From contig CAVWHO010000005.1 of assembly GCA_963754875.1 (NCBI GenBank), forward strand, positions 32,001 through 96,000: a stretch of DNA of 64,000 bases, written 5' to 3'. Every line of letters begins with the position of its first letter. The first letter of the stretch is position 1. Below the pieces are notes generated by a model. It saw only the letters and a program-made list of their open reading frames with translations. It was not told where the DNA came from and did no database searches. Shown here piece by piece: positions 53,731-64,000 of the stretch. Origin of the DNA: Nitrospirota bacterium. GTDB lineage: Bacteria > Nitrospirota > UBA9217. Position numbers and translations under genes: made by a program.

Positions 53731-54223
53731 GTGAACTCATTTGATAGCCAACACTGCATTGAAACAAAAGCCCTCCTCACCGGAGCCGTCAACCAGTACT
53801 CCTGCGAACTGCTTCATCTCGATGACAGCCTCGGAATTTTGCGATATATCATTGACAAAGAATATTATATAAGCGGCATGCGATTACTGCCAGGCGACGT
53901 GACCATTGCGCTCTACTGGACTGACAGACCGTACACGTTATATATATGGCAGATACAGCGGAGCGCTAATGTTGCATATTACTTTAACATCGCCGACAGC
54001 ATTTCCCTCTTCCCAGGACGAATTTCGCTGGCGCGATCTCGCCGTCGATATTCTTATCGACTCGGCAGGAATTGTTCACATCCTTGATGAAGACGAGCTC
54101 CCTGCTGATTTACCCGCTGAACTGCAAAATTATATCTTTGCCGCGACGACGCATGTCCTGACAGGCTATAGGGACATTATTGTCGAAGCGAAATCTCTTC
54201 TGAAAAAGCACGTCTCGCAATAA
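53731..54223 (+). CDS. DUF402-like protein (frameshift near 54010)
   Basis: TIALYWTDRPY, YYFNIAD; WRDLAVDI, ILDEDEL. Confidence 0.75.
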
Positions 54224-54303
54224 TGATGAATGAACGTAGCGACTTCTTCTGTCAAAAAGCCTTTCCCGTTGTCAATCCGCTTTTTTTACGTTATACTTGA
54301 TTC

Positions 54304-54602
54304 GTGCGACTCGATCTGTTCTTGAAAGCAAGCCACCTCGTTAAGCGCAGGACTGTTGCACGCGAGATGTGTGATGCGGGCAGAGTTCTGGTAAATGGGC
54401 ACGAAGCAAAACCTTCCAAAGAACTGAAGCAGGGCGATCGCGTCACCCTGCAGTTTACGACGAAGAGCATCGAATTGGAGGTTATCGCTCTGCCTGACCG
54501 GAAATCAATGCAGAAAGCGGATGTATCAGACCATTACCGCGTTATTGCGGAAAAAATGAGTTACCACGAAGATCGGAAGTATGGACAAAAAACCTCTTAT
54601 AG
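54304..54602 (+). CDS. S4-domain RNA-binding protein (Hsp15/YabO-like; 3' end uncertain)
   Basis: MRLDLFLK...KRRTVA...VNG..AKPS..LK.GD; the called ORF runs 200 nt into pdxA, likely through an indel. Confidence 0.85.
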
Positions 54603-55600
54603 TCGTCACGATGGGCGACCCTGCGGGAATCGGCCCCGAGATCATCGCCAAGGTTATCGACAGCGACGAGCTGTTTTCTCTCTGCCGGCCCGTCGTGGTC
54701 GGCGACGCAGGCGTCATGAAGAAAATAATCGAGGAGATGCATCTCTCAGTGGCGGTCAGAAGCGTTTCATCGCTCGTTGACGCTGATCCTTCCCCCGCCA
54801 AGCTTGACGTCCTCGACCTCAAACTGGTCGATCCGGTCGTCCATAAATGGGGGACCCCCGACAAGTCATCAGGCAACGCGGTCGTGGGGTACATTAAGAA
54901 GGCTGTTGAGCTCTGCATGGGGCACGAGGCGGATGCCATGGTGACCGCGCCTATCAGCAAGGAGATGATGAACGCAGCCGGACATCATTACGCAGGGCAC
55001 ACCGAACTTCTCGCCGACCTGACGAAGACTCGCGAATACGGAATGATGTTCGTCGGCGGCGGTCTTCGCGTTATCCTTGCGACAATCCACGTGGCGCTCA
55101 AGGATGTGCCGCGCCATATTACGACTCCTGGTGTGCTGAAGACCTTGCGGCTCGCGCACAAGGCCATGCGATACTTCGGTTTCGACACGCCTCGTATCGG
55201 CGTTGCTGCACTCAATCCGCATGCCGGTGAAGGCAGGCTCTTCGGCTCAGAAGAGTGGGACGTGATCCTGCCCGCCGTGATCAAAGCGCGTGATGAGGGG
55301 ATACACGCGAGCGATCCCCTGCCTGCGGACACCTTATTCTACAAGGCAAGGAATAATTATTATGATATCGTCGTTGCCATGTACCATGACCAGGGTCTTG
55401 CGCCGCTCAAGATGCTCGCCTTCGGCAACGCGGTGAACGTGACGGTCGGCCTGCCCATAATCCGAACGTCAGTTGATCACGGCACTGCCTATGATATAGC
55501 GGGTAAGGGCTGTGCTGACCCTGCGAGCCTGCTGGAAGCGGTCAAACTCGCGTCCAAAATGGCAGCTCATCAACGAACCGAATCTAAGGAGCGCACTTGA
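54581..55600 (+). CDS. pdxA: 4-hydroxythreonine-4-phosphate dehydrogenase
   Basis: MGDPAGIGPE, GHTE, LNPHAGE, YHDQG, RTSVDHGTA. Confidence 0.96.
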   Translation: MDKKPLIVVTMGDPAGIGPEIIAKVIDSDELFSLCRPVVVGDAGVMKKIIEEMHLSVAVRSVSSLVDADPSPAKLDVLDLKLVDPVVHKWGTPDKSSGNAVVGYIKKAVELCMGHEADAMVTAPISKEMMNAAGHHYAGHTELLADLTKTREYGMMFVGGGLRVILATIHVALKDVPRHITTPGVLKTLRLAHKAMRYFGFDTPRIGVAALNPHAGEGRLFGSEEWDVILPAVIKARDEGIHASDPLPADTLFYKARNNYYDIVVAMYHDQGLAPLKMLAFGNAVNVTVGLPIIRTSVDHGTAYDIAGKGCADPASLLEAVKLASKMAAHQRTESKERT

Positions 55601-56664
55601 CCAACCAACAGCCCTTCATGAGCCGCTCCACCCTTTTTGCAGTTGCCTTCTTCGGCGTCTTTCTCTTCCTCCTGTACCAGATGCTGCGCTTGCTTGCGCC
55701 ATTCGGGTCGGCCCTGCTTTTAGCGGCCATGATCACCATTGCCCTGCACCCTATCCACGGCTGGTTGGTAAAACATCTAAAAGGACGAAAAAAACTTTCT
55801 GCCCTTATCATGACTTTTTTCGTCATCTTACTCGTTATCGGCCCGGCAATCACTTTGTTCGGCGTTCTTACAACACAGGCTATCGATGTGTACCAGGGAA
55901 TCACGGGCGGCATACAGTCCGGTAAATTTCCCGAAGCCTGGACCGTGATTATTGACCGCTTCTCGCGCAGGATTACAGAGTACCCCTTCTTGTCCACAGT
56001 CGATATTAAAGATTTTTTGCTCAAAAGTCTGGGTGATGTTTCATCCGGTCTTGCATCGCAGCTCGGGTCTCTGCTTAAAAATACCTTCATTTTGGCCGTT
56101 GATCTCATGGTCATGTTGATCGCTCTTTTTTTCTTCTTCGTGAACGGAGAGAGCTACTATCATTCCCTCATTGACATGCTGCCCTTCTCCTCCGAGCATA
56201 AAAAAGCCATTGCTGAAAAAGTTCATGACACCTTCGTTGCGGTAATAAACGGCGTATTCCTCATTGCTCTCGTACAAGGCGTTTTAACCGGCGTCGGATT
56301 CGCTTTATTCGGCCTGCCCGTTCCTGTCTTCTGGGGGAGTCTTGCAGCTATCGTCGCACTCTTTCCGGTCGGAGGCGCTGCTCTCGTCTGGTTTCCCGGA
56401 GTTTTGTTCCTGTATCTGAAGGGGTCTGTCATGCGAAGCATCCTTCTCTTGTTTTGGGGGCTTGTCTTTGTCACGTTGCCGGACAACATTGTAAAACCTA
56501 TCCTGATCGGCCGGAAAGCAAAGATACCGACCTTCTTTTTGTTTATCAGCATCCTGGGTGGATTAAGCGCTTACGGCGTATTTGGAATATTATTGGGGCC
56601 GATCGTCGTGACCATGCTAACCGCTTTTAGCCAAATCTATCGCGAAGAATATGCGGACAACTGA
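55597..56664 (+). CDS. AI-2E family transporter
   Basis: Multi-TM; DNIVKPILIG, GILLGP. Confidence 0.9.
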   Translation: MTNQQPFMSRSTLFAVAFFGVFLFLLYQMLRLLAPFGSALLLAAMITIALHPIHGWLVKHLKGRKKLSALIMTFFVILLVIGPAITLFGVLTTQAIDVYQGITGGIQSGKFPEAWTVIIDRFSRRITEYPFLSTVDIKDFLLKSLGDVSSGLASQLGSLLKNTFILAVDLMVMLIALFFFFVNGESYYHSLIDMLPFSSEHKKAIAEKVHDTFVAVINGVFLIALVQGVLTGVGFALFGLPVPVFWGSLAAIVALFPVGGAALVWFPGVLFLYLKGSVMRSILLLFWGLVFVTLPDNIVKPILIGRKAKIPTFFLFISILGGLSAYGVFGILLGPIVVTMLTAFSQIYREEYADN

Positions 56665-56728
56665 GCCCGGCATCGCGATACGCTGCTTACAGATACTATT
56701 CTAACAATTCTTTAAAGGAGAAAGCAGC

Positions 56729-57414
56729 ATGGAAGATCTTGCAAAGTCGGATACGTGGCGCGTATTCAGGATCATGGCAGAACTCGTGGAAGGCTTTGAG
56801 GCATTGAACAACATCGGCCCTGCCGTGACCATCTTCGGGAGCGCCCGTTTGCAGCCTGGCTCTCCCTATTACAACAAGTGCCTGAAGGTCTCTGAGAGTC
56901 TGGCAAAAGACGGCTTCGCCGTAATTTCCGGCGGTGGCCCCGGCATCATGGAGGCCGCCAACAAGGGGGCACAGAATGCCGACGGCACGTCTGTAGGCCT
57001 CAATATTGAGTTGCCCAGGGAGCAAACACCGAACACCTATCAGGACGTACGGGTCGAATTCCGCTACTTTTTCTTACGTAAGCTGATGTTCGTCAAGTAT
57101 GCGGTCGCGTACGTAATCTTTCCCGGCGGTTTCGGCACGATGGATGAGTTATTCGAGGCGCTCACACTGATCCAGACAAAGAAGATCAGGAGCTTTCCCG
57201 TTGTTCTGGTGGGCAAGGATTACTGGGAGGGGCTGATCGACTGGCTCAGGAAGACAGTGCTCGAAATCGAACGCCATCAAACCTGAAGACATCGATCTGA
57301 TGCATATCGTGGACGAGCCGGAAGAAGTTTGCGCGATCATCAACAAGCGATACAAAGACCGCATCAGCCGGAGTCCACATGGACAGGAGAGACAAAACGC
57401 GAAAAGGCGTTTAA
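56729..57414 (+). CDS. LOG family (TIGR00730-like) protein (frameshift near 57270; end approximate)
   Basis: FGSAR, GGGPGIMEA, PGGFGTMDE. Confidence 0.9.
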
Positions 57415-58149
57415 TCAATCTGTTTCTCTTGCCAGTTTGTGATTTTCGGACCGCGACTTCAGCCGCTGTATGGCGCGGATTCTCCGTAACCAGTGCTCAA
57501 TTTGCCCTCGGTAAACCATCGTCATAAAAATGAAAACGATACTCACGCCGACGAGAGTAAAAAGCGCCCGGTAGTCGGCTGCCCGGAAAAAAGCGCCGCC
57601 AAGCGTCAGCAACGTAGTGCCGAGCAGACGGCCCAGCGTGGAAACGAAAAGAAAAGCCGCTAGACCCATGTGCCCCAGGCCGAGCAGATAGCAAAAATAA
57701 TCTTTGGGAAATCCGGGGACAATGAACAGCAAGAATGCGAGGAATAGGCCCTTATGTTTCATTACATAATCGTACCGTTTGATCGTCTCCGCATCAATCA
57801 GGGCTTCAACCAGCGGCCGGCCAACTGCCCGACCGAGCCAAAATGCAGCCCATGACCCAAGGGTGAGCCCCATGGTCGAATACACAATCCCCCAGAACGT
57901 TCCAAAAAGCATACCCCCGGCAAAACCCGTTACCTCTCCCGGGATCGGTGCAAGAACGACTTGCAACGCCTGCATGCCTATAAAAATGATTACTGCGTAG
58001 GTCCTGTGGTCCTCAATGAATTTAAGCAACCGGTGTCTGTCCGTGAAGAGGTCGAGCAGTCCCAAGACATACAGCACGTAGATAAGAAGCGCCATGACTG
58101 CGATAAAGATGGAGAGACTGGCAATGGATTTTTTATTCAACGTAATCAT
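57415..58149 (-). CDS. DedA/TVP38 (VTT) family membrane protein
   Basis: QVVLAPIPGE, GMLFG, PGFPKD. Confidence 0.9.
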   Translation of the reverse strand: MITLNKKSIASLSIFIAVMALLIYVLYVLGLLDLFTDRHRLLKFIEDHRTYAVIIFIGMQALQVVLAPIPGEVTGFAGGMLFGTFWGIVYSTMGLTLGSWAAFWLGRAVGRPLVEALIDAETIKRYDYVMKHKGLFLAFLLFIVPGFPKDYFCYLLGLGHMGLAAFLFVSTLGRLLGTTLLTLGGAFFRAADYRALFTLVGVSIVFIFMTMVYRGQIEHWLRRIRAIQRLKSRSENHKLARETD

Positions 58150-58169
58150 CGGGGGTAAGATCGAGAGAA

Positions 58170-58460
58170 CTATTTCTTGAACAGCCTCTCAAGGGCCTTA
58201 TGTGCGTTTTTTATCTCTGTGCCCGCGGTTTGGTCAGTCGGTCTCGACTCCGCAAACACGAAAAAATCACAGTAATTTGTCCTGGATTTCCCGTTCACCA
58301 GTTCTGCAACAGGTTCTCGGCATTGCTTCGAGATATGAGAATCAAAAAAAGAGCAGTTGAGACAGCAATGAAGGTCGGTACCGCAGGAAGGGCAGGTTTC
58401 CTTTCTGCCCGGGTTTCTGCCGATGGACAACTCTTTTTTGCAGGCATGGCAGGTTATCAC
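58170..58460 (-). CDS. Small Cys-rich hypothetical protein
   Basis: CHAC, CPSC, CLNC, C...NYCDFF; GTG start inferred. Confidence 0.75.
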   Translation of the reverse strand: MITCHACKKELSIGRNPGRKETCPSCGTDLHCCLNCSFFDSHISKQCREPVAELVNGKSRTNYCDFFVFAESRPTDQTAGTEIKNAHKALERLFKK

Positions 58461-58839
58461 GATTGGTATAATAGCGTATTGGAAGAATGATAACAAGCCG
58501 AAAATGCCGGATAAGCCAGGCAACTGGGGCATAGTACATTTTATACTTATTCTTTATGTTTATCGGTCGAAAAATTTTTCGTACCTTCAACTGCTTATTG
58601 CCCTCCGTCAAAAATTCTTTTTTTTGAGGAGAAGCTCTGTTCTTTCTAATCAATGACTGAATCTATCTCGTGTTCGTACTTTTTTTGCCTCGTTTAGTCA
58701 CGGGTAATCCACAGTTAATTTTTTATGGAAGCAAATTACAATTATTTCTGCTATACTTGGAGAAATTTCTGCTCTTTTTGTTTTTTCTGTTTTATTTATA
58801 TTTTCACATTCTTTTACTCCAGAGAAGGGGGGACCGCGC

Positions 58840-59130
58840 ATGAGTAAGAAAATCATTGTAGAAAATCTGCCGTCCGATATAACCGAGGAGAGTCTCAAAA
58901 ATATTTTTAGCCAGATAGGTGCTGTCGAATCGGTCAGGATTAATACAGATCTCCTGTCCAGACGTCCAAAGGGTTCCGGCTATGTAGAAATGTCTCTAGA
59001 TGTCGATGCTTTCCGTGCGGTAAATTGCTTCAACGGCGCTTCATTTAAAGATAAAAAAGTATCTCTCAAGGAAGCGCGACCGTTAGTCGAACAGGCTAAG
59101 CATATTTTAAAGCATGCTATTCTGCCATAG
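58840..59130 (+). CDS. RRM (RNP-1) RNA-binding protein
   Basis: IIVENL (RNP2), KGSGYVEM (RNP1), EARP. Confidence 0.88.
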   Translation: MSKKIIVENLPSDITEESLKNIFSQIGAVESVRINTDLLSRRPKGSGYVEMSLDVDAFRAVNCFNGASFKDKKVSLKEARPLVEQAKHILKHAILP

Positions 59131-59559
59131 GTCTGGAATTTTGGCTAATTAATCAGAAAAAGATAAAAAGTGGAGTGCTCAGTCATAACCGGAAGCTTAT
59201 ATCATATTAACCATCTTTTTTCCTGATTTAGCGGCATTTTCCGCCTAATTTTCATACTGACCATTTTTCCGTTCCCCCTGAATCGCCACTTTTATAATAC
59301 TATATTATGATTTTTTCTTTTTTCTCGCCTTACGCTTCTTTTTCCTTGCCCCTTTGCTCCCAGCGTTCATGTGCGATATTTTGATTGCTATGCTGAGGTA
59401 GTGGAAAAGCATTTGAGCAGGGAGAGGGATTCGGCTCAATCTCGTGTTAAGCATTCATTGTTTTATTCGAGATGAGAAGATGCTGATTTTCGCGGTTTTC
59501 GCATGGGAAATGAAGTATTGTTGGAATATGGTATACTGGAAGCAAGAGAGGTTAACATT

Positions 59560-59964
59560 ATGTCGTTCATCGAACTACTAGCGGCAATCGGTGTAGTTTC
59601 ATTTATTATTTATGCGTCGTTCAATATTTTCTATCTTATTGAAATGCGGAAAACGAGTTTTGCTATACGGCAGCTCATTACGCGAGCAGAGGAAAACCTC
59701 TATCCCGCGCTTGCAGCAATAAGACATATTTTTGAGGATATCAAGACAGTAACCGATAACGCGGCAGCTCTCTCAAAGAGCCTACGGGAAGCGGCTGAGG
59801 CATTGACCTCAGCGCAGAGTGCGATAAAAAATATGTACCAGTCTTACGAAGAGAATTTAGGCAAATCAATGCGCGCGAATGTGTCCGGGCTAAAGGCCGG
59901 CATCAAAACAGGGGTTGACACCTTGTTAAGTAACCTCAAAGACAGGAAGGAGGGATTATCATGA
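59560..59964 (+). CDS. DUF948/YtxG-like membrane-anchored helical protein
   Basis: N-terminal TM plus coiled coil; ATGA-coupled to the YtxH-like gene. Confidence 0.7.
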   Translation: MSFIELLAAIGVVSFIIYASFNIFYLIEMRKTSFAIRQLITRAEENLYPALAAIRHIFEDIKTVTDNAAALSKSLREAAEALTSAQSAIKNMYQSYEENLGKSMRANVSGLKAGIKTGVDTLLSNLKDRKEGLS

Positions 59965-60242
59965 AAGAAGAACTGATCACAAAAGAGCGTTCCATTTTGG
60001 TTCCCTTTTTAGTCGGCGGTGCTGTGGGAGCGGCTCTGGGGCTTTTGTTTGCGCCAAAAGCAGGAAGGGAAGTGAGAAAACAAATTAAGGATCTCGCAGT
60101 TGACGGCAAGGACAAGATCGTTTCTACGGTTGGAAAAACCAGAGAGTTCTATACTGAAGCGATTACAGCCGTAAACAGCGCCATCGATGCGGGAAAACAG
60201 GCTTACATTCAGGAGCGAGAAAAAGTCGAGATGGCACACTAG
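59961..60242 (+). CDS. YtxH domain protein
   Basis: FLVGGAVGAALGLLFAPKAGREVR. Confidence 0.9.
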   Translation: MKEELITKERSILVPFLVGGAVGAALGLLFAPKAGREVRKQIKDLAVDGKDKIVSTVGKTREFYTEAITAVNSAIDAGKQAYIQEREKVEMAH

Positions 60243-60523
60243 CAAGCCTGTTTCGTTAAATGCTGTATTTCTGACAACGGACGCTGGGATCCTCCGGCGT
60301 ACTTTTTTGTTTTAGCCAATATGAGTATTCCGGTCCTAACCGACCCACCATTCCGCTGTTATCCGACCCCTGATTCCGTTTTAATCCGACCCACGATTCC
60401 GGTGGTATCCGACCCACCATTCCGATTCAATTCGGTCATTCGCTAATCCACAAATCGACGCTGGGTAAATTCTATAAATTCGTATATCCTGCCTCCTTCA
60501 AATACGCCTCTGAGGAGATCCGG

Positions 60524-62065
60524 ATGACGAGAGAAAGAATACCTATGCGAACAATCAAAGAAGTCTTACGCCTAAAATGGTCCTGCGGCCTGGGTCGCCG
60601 TGCCATCGCCAAAAGCTGTGGCATCGCCAAGAGCACGGTTATCGAGTATTTGAGGCGAGCAGAGAAGGCCAGCCTATCATGGCCTCTGCCGGCAGAACTG
60701 GACGACGCCGCTCTTGAGCATCTTCTCTTCCCACCTGTAATTCTTTCCGATTCCCCGCGCCCGCTTCCGGTCTGGGAGGACGTCCACCGCGAGCTTGCAC
60801 GTAAAAGCGTTACCCTGACGCTTCTGTGGGACGAGTACAAAGCGCAATATCCGGACGGATATCAATATTCTTTCTTCGCGGAACTCTACCGAGCTTATGC
60901 AAAAAAGCTCGATATCTCCATGCGCCAGGTGCATTACGCGGGAGAGAAGCTATTTGTAGACTACTGCGGTCAAACAGTCCCGGTAATCGACAAATCCACT
61001 GGAGAGATGCACGACTGCCAGATCTTCGTCGCTGTCTTGGGCGCCAGCAACTTTACATATGCCGAAGCAACATACACGCAGGGTCTGCCGGACTGGATCG
61101 GCTCCCATGTTAGGGCGCTGCAGTTTATCGACGGTGTCCCTGAAATCCTGGTCCCCGACAATCTCCTCTCCGGCATCACCAAGGCCTGTCGCTATGAGCC
61201 AGGCGTCAATCGCACCTATCAAGAGCTTGCGGTTCATTATGGGGCCGCGGTCATTCCGGCCCGTGTCAGAAAGCCCAAAGACAAAGCGAAAGTAGAAGCC
61301 GGGGTCCTCCTGGTGCAGCGGTGGATCCTGGCTGCCCTCAGGAACCGCACCTTTTTCAGCCTTGCAGAGCTCAATGCCGCTATCCGGGAACTGCTGGATA
61401 GACTCAATAACCGGCCCTTCAAGAAGCTCTCCGGCAGCCGTATGGGCCGGTTTTTGGAGATCGATAAACCGGCACTACAGCCTTTGCCTGCGATTTTCTT
61501 CGAATACGCGGAATGGAAAATAAAAAAACGGTCCGGTATCGATTACCATGTCGAAGTCAATGACCATTATTACAGCGTACCCTATCAGCTTCGCAATGAA
61601 TACCTGGATGTACGGCTAACGGAATCGATTGTGGAAGTCTTCTTTCACAACAAACGGGTGGCCTCACATATCCGGTCTTATGCCAAGGGAAGACATACGA
61701 CCCTTGCCGAGCACATGCCGAAGTCCCATCGGGACTATGCTGACTGGACCCCAGAGCGCCTGATACGCTGGGCGTCGGAAACCGGCAAATCAACGGCAGA
61801 GCTGGTTACGGCCATTCTCGCAAAGAAGCTTCATCCGCAACAAGGCTTTCGCTCCTGCATGGGAATCATCACCCTTTCCAAGAAGTTTGGCAAAGAACGC
61901 GTTGAGGCTGCCTGCAAAAGGGCACTCGCCATCGGGGGCACCAGCTTCGGAAGCGTCAAATCCATCCTTCAAACCGGCTTGGACAAAAAGCCATTGCCGG
62001 AGTCGAGGCCTGCATCACCGGTGATCACTCACAGCAATATCCGTGGCCGCGAATACTATAACTAA
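60524..62065 (+). CDS. istA: IS21 transposase IstA
   Basis: GEKLFVDY, LVPDNL, KPKDKAKVE, YSVPY, HSNIRG. Confidence 0.96.
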   Translation: MTRERIPMRTIKEVLRLKWSCGLGRRAIAKSCGIAKSTVIEYLRRAEKASLSWPLPAELDDAALEHLLFPPVILSDSPRPLPVWEDVHRELARKSVTLTLLWDEYKAQYPDGYQYSFFAELYRAYAKKLDISMRQVHYAGEKLFVDYCGQTVPVIDKSTGEMHDCQIFVAVLGASNFTYAEATYTQGLPDWIGSHVRALQFIDGVPEILVPDNLLSGITKACRYEPGVNRTYQELAVHYGAAVIPARVRKPKDKAKVEAGVLLVQRWILAALRNRTFFSLAELNAAIRELLDRLNNRPFKKLSGSRMGRFLEIDKPALQPLPAIFFEYAEWKIKKRSGIDYHVEVNDHYYSVPYQLRNEYLDVRLTESIVEVFFHNKRVASHIRSYAKGRHTTLAEHMPKSHRDYADWTPERLIRWASETGKSTAELVTAILAKKLHPQQGFRSCMGIITLSKKFGKERVEAACKRALAIGGTSFGSVKSILQTGLDKKPLPESRPASPVITHSNIRGREYYN

Positions 62066-62082
62066 CCTCAAAGGAGATCATT

Positions 62083-62823
62083 ATGTTAGCGCATCCCACA
62101 CTCGACAAGATCGAACAACTCCGTCTTTTTGGCATGGCAAAAGCCCTGCGTGAACAAGTACAGAATCAAAAGGCAACTGCCCTAAGCTTCGAGGAGCGCC
62201 TTGGGCTCCTCATTGACCGAGAGCTGACTGAACGAGAGAACAGACGACTTGTTACGCGCTTACGAGCTGCAAAACTGAGAATCTCGGCGTCTGTTGAAGA
62301 CATCGACTTCCGTCAGCCTCGAGGGCTGGACAAATCGCTCATTCTGTCGCTTGCGTCGAACAAATGGATTACCGAGCACCACAATCTGCTCATCATCGGC
62401 CCGACCGGCGTGGGCAAGAGCTACCTTGCTTGCGCCCTGTCCCATAAGGCCTGCCGGGACGGTCATGCCGTCGTGTATCAAAGGCTGCCACGACTCTTGG
62501 AAGATCTGGCACTTTCTCATCATGACGGGCGATATCGAAAACTGATGAAGTCTCTTCTTAAAGCAGACCTTCTTGTCCTCGACGACTTCGGACTTGCTCC
62601 GCTTACGACGGAACAGCAAAGAGATCTTCTGGAAATTATCGAGGACCGCTATGATCGCCGGTCAACTCTCATAACTACGCAAATGCCCGTAAAGCACTGG
62701 CATGATATCCTGGCCGACCCGACCTTAGCTGACGCTATCATGGATCGTCTGGTACACAATGCTTACAAAATAGAACTGAAAGGAGAGTCAATGAGAAAGA
62801 GCAAATCATCTATCAAGCGTTGA
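62083..62823 (+). CDS. istB: IS21 helper ATPase IstB
   Basis: GPTGVGKS, LLVLDDFG, DAIMDRLVH, GESMR. Confidence 0.96.
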   Translation: MLAHPTLDKIEQLRLFGMAKALREQVQNQKATALSFEERLGLLIDRELTERENRRLVTRLRAAKLRISASVEDIDFRQPRGLDKSLILSLASNKWITEHHNLLIIGPTGVGKSYLACALSHKACRDGHAVVYQRLPRLLEDLALSHHDGRYRKLMKSLLKADLLVLDDFGLAPLTTEQQRDLLEIIEDRYDRRSTLITTQMPVKHWHDILADPTLADAIMDRLVHNAYKIELKGESMRKSKSSIKR

Positions 62824-63201
62824 CAAGTCAAAATCCCTGTGAGATAGTAGCTTCAGCCCAGCGCCTGGTCAGCCCAATTAGCGGAGGGGTCGCTTTGAAG
62901 CGGAACGCGGGGTCGCATAACTTCGGAATCAGGGGTCGGATTCACCGGAATACAAAGCCAATAGTCGCTCACAATTTCGATCACCTATTAAGGGTCTCCC
63001 AGTTAGTCGTTTGTCGCAATAAAAAATTACCCAATAGATCTTAGTAAATATATAAAGTCATGAGAAAAAACAGCGCACAGGCAGGACGAGCCTTGTGAGG
63101 ATCCACGCCTTTGAAAGAGATCTTGTGCACAGCGCGGACTCTATTCTGTGTTTAGCCTATCATCTGCAGTTTGGATAGGGACGAGCGTTAGGGCGGGCTG
63201 T

Positions 63202-64000
63202 TCAATGTCTCAGAGAATGTACGTCGAACGACGGAGGCACGGCGAACTCCTGTGCCCGCTTGCAGGCCGTGTCCGCTACTTCGATCATCTTTTGTTCGCT
63301 TTCAATATTTTTGTCGGGAAGGCCTGCGACGCCGATGCTCATGGTGACCTGCGCTGCATCAGGCCACGTGAAGGGGTGGGTCGCCACAACTTCGAGCGTC
63401 CGCGCCGCCGCCTGCATGGCGTCTGTACGCATCGTGTTCGGGAGCAGTACGATAAACGACTCACCGGACCACCAAGCAGCGGTGTCCACCTCACGTATGG
63501 TTTTCTGAACAAGACCGATGATTGCTTTGACGAGGGCCTCATCAGCCTTGCGTCCCAGCCGACGGCCATCCAGGTTGATCAGCATACAACTCATTTGCTG
63601 CTTGAAGCGGACAGCCCGCTTGAATTCCTTCGAAAACATGGTCTCGAATTGGGGACGTCCAAAGAGCCCCGTGGCGGGATCGACGACTGAATTGCCCGTT
63701 ACCCTAAAGGCAAGTATAGGAGACAATACAGCGACGTCGTTTTCAGAATTTAATTCCAGGCCGAGGTTTAGATCCGATCCTCTCTTCGGGCACTCCTCCT
63801 TGCGAGGCGCCGAAGTCCATGACATGTGCGGTTGTGTGGGTTCTGGATCCGGTGCCGGAATGGGCCGCAGCGACGGCACAGCCTTGAGCGCTGGTCTCCG
63901 TTCCCTGTCTTTATCCGGAAGCATAGCCGGCGTTCCTCCTGACGACGGATCCGCCTGGGGGAAGGTCAGCTGTCCTGTCTTCGATACGAGCTTCAGATCA
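63202..64000 (-). CDS. Degenerate GGDEF-domain protein (frame open to window edge; ATG with AGGAGG at 63924)
   Basis: DPATGL, IREVDTAAWWSGESFIVLLP, VTMSIGVA. Confidence 0.8.
   Translation of the reverse strand, partial: DLKLVSKTGQLTFPQADPSSGGTPAMLPDKDRERRPALKAVPSLRPIPAPDPEPTQPHMSWTSAPRKEECPKRGSDLNLGLELNSENDVAVLSPILAFRVTGNSVVDPATGLFGRPQFETMFSKEFKRAVRFKQQMSCMLINLDGRRLGRKADEALVKAIIGLVQKTIREVDTAAWWSGESFIVLLPNTMRTDAMQAAARTLEVVATHPFTWPDAAQVTMSIGVAGLPDKNIESEQKMIEVADTACKRAQEFAVPPSFDVHSLRH

Larger units (their letters stand above)
60322..62955 (+). mobile_element. IS21-family insertion sequence
   Basis: istA/istB pair; ends GTATTCCGGT / ACCGGAATAC; flanking AGCCAATA direct repeat; 23-bp-period subterminal repeats. 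Confidence 0.95.

Noticed and set aside
54581..54780. 200-nt overlap of the S4-domain ORF with pdxA as a real dual-coding region
   Set aside because: The extension is the off-frame read of pdxA; a one-base indel gives a normal-length protein.
60340..60425. CRISPR-like repeat array
   Set aside because: 16-bp units with 7-bp gaps, no cas genes, and mirrored at the other end of IS21; these are transposase-binding repeats.
63070..63140. c-di-GMP riboswitch near the GGDEF gene
   Set aside because: Downstream of the gene's 3' end and lacks the GEMM consensus on either strand.

Overview
Core-chromosome segment of a GC-rich bacterium; gene style and order suggest Nitrospirota or a deltaproteobacteria-like lineage (inference). 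From left to right it holds: (1) a minus-strand dcw cluster (mraZ, an inserted STAS gene, rsmH-ftsL-ftsI-murE-murF-mraY-murD-ftsW-murG-murC-murB-ddl-ftsQ-ftsA-ftsZ, with ftsZ cut by the window edge); (2) a mixed accessory block (HNH, BCAM0308-like, prfC, Crp/Fnr, trpB2, radical SAM/SPASM, MutY-like, Smr, a small SEC-C protein); (3) rpsU-yqeY-mutS2-dnaG-rpoD-tRNA(CAT)-Zn-ribbon-rnhA-rnpB; (4) rplM-rpsI-argC-argJ; (5) rpsB-tsf-pyrH-frr and atpB-atpE; (6) an IS630 element, gltX, pdxA and neighbours, an IS21 element and a degenerate GGDEF gene. About a dozen genes, several essential, carry small frameshifts that are most likely assembly errors. The strongest leads cluster at 29.8-30.8 kb: a 60-aa SEC-C peptide whose UGA stop completes a CxxxCxxxU motif and is followed by a SECIS-like hairpin, flanked by a duplicated promoter and lying 2 kb from an orphan radical SAM/SPASM gene; and an unannotated rod-shaped 6S-like RNA with its own promoter, convergent with rnpB. 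Also notable are a STAS protein lacking the phospho-Ser motif inside the dcw operon and several families of nested palindromic and heptameric repeats. All calls are by eye; no searches were run.
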